From NCBI GenBank assembly GCA_029557815.1, contig JAKQHX010000025.1:1-49324 (forward strand): DNA of 49,324 nucleotides, given 5' to 3'. This DNA comes from a bacterium (GTDB lineage: Bacteria; Patescibacteriota; Saccharimonadia; Saccharimonadales; JAGQNK01). Made by a program: the position numbers and the translations under genes. The notes below the pieces were generated by a model, which was not told the origin of the DNA, did no database searches, and was given only the letters and a program-made list of their open reading frames with translations. Of this stretch, positions 44,287 to 49,324 are shown piece by piece (the stretch's first letter is position 1; every line of letters begins with the position of its first letter).

Positions 44287-45816
44287 TTATATTGTTTCTA
44301 GGGACGGGCGGCGGTACTGTAAAGCTTCGCTGACATGTGGGGTATCTAGAGCGGTTGCACTCGAAAGGTCGGCAATTGTTTGAGCGACTTTGATGATGCG
44401 CATATAGCTTCTGGCGGAAATATTTAGACGTTCTGCGGCTTGGTTGAGCAATTGCTCCGCAGCGTCAGTCAAAGTAACGTATTTCTTGATGTCACGATTG
44501 GTCAAGGTGGCGTTTTGTATGAGTGGATCTTGGTAGCGTTCGAGCTGTCGGGCACGAGCACGCATAACACGTTTTTGGATACTGCTGCTCGGTTCTTCTT
44601 GCTGGCCGTGTAAAAGAGATTTGTGTTTTATTTCGTCGACATCAACGTACAGATCGATTCTATCGATAATCGGTCCAGACAGCTTGCGATGGTACTTATT
44701 AATTTCATGCGGTAGGCACGAGCAGGCTTTCGTCGTGCCGTAATAGCCGCACGGACAGGGGTTTGAGGTCGCGACTAGCATAAAATTTGCAGGAAATGTG
44801 ATGTTGTCGCGTGCACGGGCGACGGATATGACACGGTCTTCGAGTGGCTGTCGGAGCGCTTCGATTGTCGGACGGCTGAACTCGGGGAACTCGTCAAACA
44901 TCAATATGCCACGATGCGCGAGGCTGATTTCTCCTGGTCGAGGATATTGCCCGCCTCCTATAATGGAAATTTCGCTAGCACTGTGATGCGGTGAGCGAAA
45001 TGGCCGTGTGTCTACGATCTGTTCGTATTCTTTGCTAGCCAGGCTGTGAAGGTGCGTAACCTCCAAGATCTCCTCGAGCTCCATAGGCGGAAGAATAGAC
45101 GGCATGGCTTTTGCGAGCATGCTTTTACCAGTACCGGGCGCACCGCTCATTAGGATATTGTGGCCACCGGCTGCGGCAATCTCGAGAGCTCGTTTAGCTC
45201 GCGCCTGACCAACTACGTCTTTGAAGTCGTTTGCATAGGTGATGGATTTGCTGGCAAGTTTGTTTGTGCCCGAAGGATGCCTTTTTAGCGGCACTGTCTT
45301 TGTCAGGTCCAGATAGACATCTCGCATGTTTTTCACCGGTATTATCGTGAGCCCAGGTACAAGGAGGGCTTGCTCAACATTATCGCTAGGTACATAGAAG
45401 GTCGTAAACTTCTTTTTTCGTCCCGCCAGTAATTTGCCTATGATACCCCTTACGCCACGTACGCTGCCGTCTAGGCCAAGCTCACCAATGAAAGACGAGT
45501 GTACTGGGGGTGAGTCGGCGATTTGGCCGCTGGCCACCAGAATCGCTACGGCGATAGGCAGGTCAAAGCTCGTACTGTCTTTAGGGATATCTGCGGGTGC
45601 GAGATTTATGGTGATGCGCTTTTTAGGCAGATCCAGCTTGTTGTTTGCAAATGCGCTTCGGATGCGTTCCTTAGATTCATCTACGGCCTTATTGGCAAAG
45701 CCTACGATAACAATACTTGGCAGGCCATTGGACACGTGACATTCTACGTTAATCGTGACTGCCTGGTTGCCGGCATCCAGGATGCTTTGTACGATCGCAC
45801 TCATTATAGTTTTCAT
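44287..45816 (-). CDS. comM: ComM/YifB Mg-chelatase-like AAA+ ATPase
   Basis: INLAPAD, GELGLDG, GAPGTGKS, RSPHH, PGEISLAH, NPCPCG, SARSY. Confidence 0.92.
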   Translation of the reverse strand: MKTIMSAIVQSILDAGNQAVTINVECHVSNGLPSIVIVGFANKAVDESKERIRSAFANNKLDLPKKRITINLAPADIPKDSTSFDLPIAVAILVASGQIADSPPVHSSFIGELGLDGSVRGVRGIIGKLLAGRKKKFTTFYVPSDNVEQALLVPGLTIIPVKNMRDVYLDLTKTVPLKRHPSGTNKLASKSITYANDFKDVVGQARAKRALEIAAAGGHNILMSGAPGTGKSMLAKAMPSILPPMELEEILEVTHLHSLASKEYEQIVDTRPFRSPHHSASEISIIGGGQYPRPGEISLAHRGILMFDEFPEFSRPTIEALRQPLEDRVISVARARDNITFPANFMLVATSNPCPCGYYGTTKACSCLPHEINKYHRKLSGPIIDRIDLYVDVDEIKHKSLLHGQQEEPSSSIQKRVMRARARQLERYQDPLIQNATLTNRDIKKYVTLTDAAEQLLNQAAERLNISARSYMRIIKVAQTIADLSSATALDTPHVSEALQYRRPSLETI

Positions 45817-46653
45817 TATTAAGCAAACCTTCCAAAATGCAAAGTTTGTTTTAGGAGTCCGGGCGGTCTTTATTGCGCTGTTCTAAAAGCGTCTTCTAAT
45901 AAGAACAACGGCTTGCGAGAAGCCGTTGTTACAGAGTCGTTTTTGTTTTTGAGCACTTTTTTTATTCAAGTGCTACGCATATCTTAACCAACAGTTTCTG
46001 GCACGTCAATAGCGATTATGCCTAATTTTTGACGCCTGTGTATAACTCGCTAAGTACATATGCCTATATCTATATTGAAATGAGTGTAGGACTCGCTATT
46101 CTACCAAAAAGTCGAAGTAATAAATGCGCTTTATGTGAGACAAATATTTATGTGGACTGTGTGGTTGGTAGGCAGAGGGTGACCGTGCTTAACATTATGG
46201 GTCAAGCAAAAGTCCGTTCTATGACGCCAGGCTGGGATCTTCGGCTTAAATACGAGATTTTGTAGCTCAAGTAGCCGGGGTATTAACTAGTCCTGATGAT
46301 TAGACTGTAATGAAACCGCGTTAGAGACTTTATCGCCCGAAGCCTATGACAATACCCATGCTCGTAGCTATACGCAAGGTTGCTACGGATCCATGTTGCC
46401 GACATGCGTCAAAGGCACTGGTCTGAAGGCGAGTGCGCCTTGTAGGATTTCTGGTAGGTGGGCTAGATGAATGGTACGTGCCAAAAGCATAGTAGATGTA
46501 CGCAAAGCACCAAAATAATTAGACAAGGTTAATAATATTAAATATTTATTCAAAATATTAGATGTAATAATAACTACAATAATTGTCTGTATTTATTTTC
46601 ATATACAACGCAACTTGTAGGTGTAATGATGTTAATAAAGCTACAAATAGAGA

Positions 46654-46682
46654 TTGACATATTTTTATAAAAATAGTATATT
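46654..46682 (+). promoter_or_regulatory. Sigma70 promoter with a palindromic spacer
   Basis: TTGACA-17-TATATT; spacer holds the perfect palindrome TATTTTTATAAAAATA. Confidence 0.65.
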
Positions 46683-46718
46683 GGAGTATGTAAGTCGAAA
46701 ACAAAAACTTACCAAAAC

Positions 46719-46868
46719 GGGGTAACCCGATATCGCTCAATCCGCCAACCGGCGGAAAGAGCGGTCAGTCAAAGCCAAGGACGGTAAGCGCTAAATATTT
46801 ACATTTAAAGAGCGGATTTACCGTCCCGGCTCCACGTAGAACACTATGGGAAAACTGTAGTGTTTTTG
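46719..46868 (+). promoter_or_regulatory. Candidate riboswitch-like leader with terminator (c-di-GMP-I-like junction)
   Basis: GGGGTAA-[P2]-GTCAAAGCC-[P3]-GGCTCC followed by AACACTATGG/CTGTAGTGTT-TTT hairpin. Confidence 0.45.
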
Positions 46869-46906
46869 TGCTTCAGGGTCGTTTGGAGTAAAGTTGAGTA
46901 CACGAG

Positions 46907-47239
46907 ATGAAAAATAGTAAAAAACTTGTACTATTATTTTGGCCGCCACTTATTTTTTCTATCTTTATATTGATGACCGACCCGTATAGGCTGCCGCTTC
47001 CGTTGCTACTTATTCCTTTCTTGCTTATAGGCATAAGCTGCTACTGCTTTATTAAAGAGTTTTTGCGTATGGCGCCTATTTCTGTTCGAAAGCGGAAGTT
47101 TATTGCTGTCGTTCTCACGATAATCATACTGCTGGGTGTACTGCTTCAGTCTATACGCCAACTTTCTATCAAAGACTTTCTCATACTTTTGGCGCTCTTG
47201 ATCGGTGTAGCGTTTTATATGCGTCGGATGGACGTATAG
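46907..47239 (+). CDS. Small membrane protein (4 TM helices)
   Basis: 110 aa, highly hydrophobic. Confidence 0.75.
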   Translation: MKNSKKLVLLFWPPLIFSIFILMTDPYRLPLPLLLIPFLLIGISCYCFIKEFLRMAPISVRKRKFIAVVLTIIILLGVLLQSIRQLSIKDFLILLALLIGVAFYMRRMDV

Positions 47240-47326
47240 ACGGGGTGGAAAGCGCCTACACATAAGTATTAATTCCAGAACATATCTGTTAACTGTGGAC
47301 TGGTTTTGATATACTAACCTCCAGTA

Positions 47327-47773
47327 ATGAACCCTCAAGAGCAAGAGCATTTACCATCTTTTGAATTGCCGGCTGCCCAAGCCACAGAGCAGATTAGCCA
47401 GGCTTTGCCCGAGCAGCGCAAGGACTCTATGCATGAAGCACAGAGTGCTATTGCTATCGAGCAAGGTGCTGCAGGTCAGGCGGTACTGTCGCAGGCTGCT
47501 CCTCCTGCACAGCAGGCTACATCGGGAAAAGCGGATGATAGTGTCCAGGTGGGCCAACCGGATGACCAGGGCGGTTCGACTCCACTCATGGGTTCACCCC
47601 AGATTGCTGATGACAATGACCTTATAGAAAAAGAGTGGGTTATAAGGGCCAAAGAGATTGTTGCCCGGACTGCCCACGATCCTCATTTGCAGAACAGAGA
47701 AATGAACAGGTTCAAGGCCGACTACCTGAAAAAACGTTATAACAAAGACGTCAAACTAAGCGAAGACACATAA
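47327..47773 (+). CDS. Hypothetical protein with disordered N-terminus and DLIEKEWV...YLKKRY C-terminal domain
   Basis: 148-aa ORF directly upstream of the ATPase gene. Confidence 0.75.
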   Translation: MNPQEQEHLPSFELPAAQATEQISQALPEQRKDSMHEAQSAIAIEQGAAGQAVLSQAAPPAQQATSGKADDSVQVGQPDDQGGSTPLMGSPQIADDNDLIEKEWVIRAKEIVARTAHDPHLQNREMNRFKADYLKKRYNKDVKLSEDT

Positions 47774-47778
47774 GCGAC

Positions 47779-49324
47779 ATGGGCACTGTACTAATAATTT
47801 TCGGGATTTTTCTCCTCTTGGTCGCCATGGCAACGCCGGTAGTGTTTCTTCAGGTGCGCAAGATTTTTCGTGAGCAAAAGAATTTTGAGCGCGGCCTCAA
47901 AATGGTACCGCTGCTCATACATCTGCCTCCCCAAAGTGACGATACCGAGGGTAGCGGTCGTGATGCCCGTGATGTTGTAGAAGAGAATATATCGAAGGCG
48001 CAAATACTCTATAACATAATTGCTGGCACTCTTCAGAAAGGCCTAAAGCATGAGTTTTATGGACAGCGTCATTTCTCATTCGAGATTGTCGGTGCAAAAG
48101 GCTTCGTGCATTACTATGCAGCGGTTCCGATAGCACTGGTGGAGGTTGTCAAGCAAGCAGTGGTTAGTGCTTATCCGGCGGCCCGTCTGGAGGAGGTAGC
48201 CGAACATAATATTTTCAGTCCGGTTGGCAAAATCAGCGGTACCGTTGGCGGGGAATTGACACTCAAAGAGCATTTTGCATATCCTATCGCAACCTACCAA
48301 GACCTGAAACGCGACGCGATGCAATCGCTGCTCAACGCCCTTTCCACCCTTGAAAAAGAAGACGGGGTTGGCATACAAATACTGATGAGGCCGGCAAATC
48401 CGGGTTGGCGCAAAGCGGCATCAGCCGTGGCAAGCAAAAAACGCAGTGGCAAACAACAGCATCACCAGGGAGTGGAAGCCATTGCCTGGTGGCTTCGGAA
48501 TATACCAAAAGCGTTTTTCCAGCCACCAGATGAAGGTAAAGATAAATCCGATAAATCAGACTTATCGCCTATGGAGCATTCAATCCTTGATTCGATTGAT
48601 GAGAAGACAAAGCACCCTGGCTACGAGGTGCTTATTCGTGTCGTTGCTTCCTCTAATGTATCGCAGAAGGCCCAAGGGATTCTTAATAACGTTGTTGCTT
48701 CGTTTGCGTTGTTTGACGCGCAGGGCAAAAATGGATTCAAGTACACTCCGGCCAAAGATATCGAACGGTTTGTGACGGCCTATATCCTTCGGTTTTTCCC
48801 CCAGACTTCAAATAAGAGCATACTGAATTCCATTGAGCTCGCGACGTTATTCCACTTTCCAGACCAAAAGAATATTCCAACTTCGCAGCTGGAGCGTCAG
48901 GCATCTAAGCAAGTCGATGGCCCGCGTAATGTACCAGAAGAAGGCCTTCTGCTTGGATACAACGTTTTTCGTGGTGCTAAAAAACCTATTCGTTTGGCCC
49001 TCGGGGATAGACAACGGCATATGTATGTTGTCGGACAGACGGGAACAGGTAAATCTACGTTCTTGGAAAACATGGCCCTACAGGACATGCTGAATGGCGA
49101 CGGTTTTGCCTTCGTTGATCCGCATGGTGATACTGCCGAGAAGTTATTGTCCATGGTCCCAAAAGAGCGTACGGAAGACGTTATATACTTCTGTCCATCC
49201 GATATGGATTACCCGATGGGGTTGAACCTATTTGAGTTCTACGCGCCAGAACAGAAGGATTTCTTGATTCAAGAAACGCTGAACATGCTTTATAAACTCT
49301 ATGACCCCCAGCGCCAGGGAATCA
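47779..49324 (+). CDS. VirD4/TraD/TrwB-like (DUF87) ATPase, 5' part (runs off window)
   Basis: Manual translation MGTVLIIFG (TM helix)... then DRQRHMYVVGQTGTGKS (Walker A) and FVDPHGD; missing from the ORF track because no stop lies in the window. Confidence 0.88.
   Translation, partial: MGTVLIIFGIFLLLVAMATPVVFLQVRKIFREQKNFERGLKMVPLLIHLPPQSDDTEGSGRDARDVVEENISKAQILYNIIAGTLQKGLKHEFYGQRHFSFEIVGAKGFVHYYAAVPIALVEVVKQAVVSAYPAARLEEVAEHNIFSPVGKISGTVGGELTLKEHFAYPIATYQDLKRDAMQSLLNALSTLEKEDGVGIQILMRPANPGWRKAASAVASKKRSGKQQHHQGVEAIAWWLRNIPKAFFQPPDEGKDKSDKSDLSPMEHSILDSIDEKTKHPGYEVLIRVVASSNVSQKAQGILNNVVASFALFDAQGKNGFKYTPAKDIERFVTAYILRFFPQTSNKSILNSIELATLFHFPDQKNIPTSQLERQASKQVDGPRNVPEEGLLLGYNVFRGAKKPIRLALGDRQRHMYVVGQTGTGKSTFLENMALQDMLNGDGFAFVDPHGDTAEKLLSMVPKERTEDVIYFCPSDMDYPMGLNLFEFYAPEQKDFLIQETLNMLYKLYDPQRQGI

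Noticed and set aside
46293..46316. CTGATGA...GAAAC hammerhead-like core
   Set aside because: Stem II cannot close properly (T-T at its base), and no stems I/III or cleavage triplet are evident.
1..49324. Alternative genetic code (TGA or TAG recoding as in some CPR lineages)
   Set aside because: Conserved genes are full length under code 11 and end in TGA, TAG and TAA.

Overview
Chromosomal segment that looks like a Candidate Phyla Radiation bacterium, most likely Saccharibacteria/TM7. This is inferred from gene content and style: a type IV pilus locus without a secretin, G|DTIVE-type minor pilins, many apparently leaderless genes and standard code 11. From left to right it holds the 5' end of ychF, two tandem two-gene modules (a membrane-anchored partner plus a large secreted protein with a variable N-terminus and conserved C-terminus), and a full type IV pilus cluster (pilMNO, pilB, pilT, pilC, major pilin, pilD, four minor pilins). 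Next come a Xer recombinase, ndk, a PrsA/SurA foldase, a Crp/Fnr regulator divergent from a VKOR operon, six tRNAs, an HNH nuclease, glycosyltransferases, nrdR, tgt, thrS, miaA, rpmB, queA, a PCD-RNase HI fusion, RNase P RNA, purD, infC-rpmI-rplT, comM and the 5' part of a VirD4/TraD-like ATPase. The strongest signals beyond the ORF track are non-coding: a Thr T-box with an ultrashort Stem I, ~172-bp structured repeats built from the tRNA-Asp 3' end, a promoter-to-terminator multi-hairpin transcript between nrdR and tgt, a ~130-nt 6S-like RNA and a c-di-GMP-I-like leader. All calls come from reading the sequence by eye; no searches or folding programs were run.
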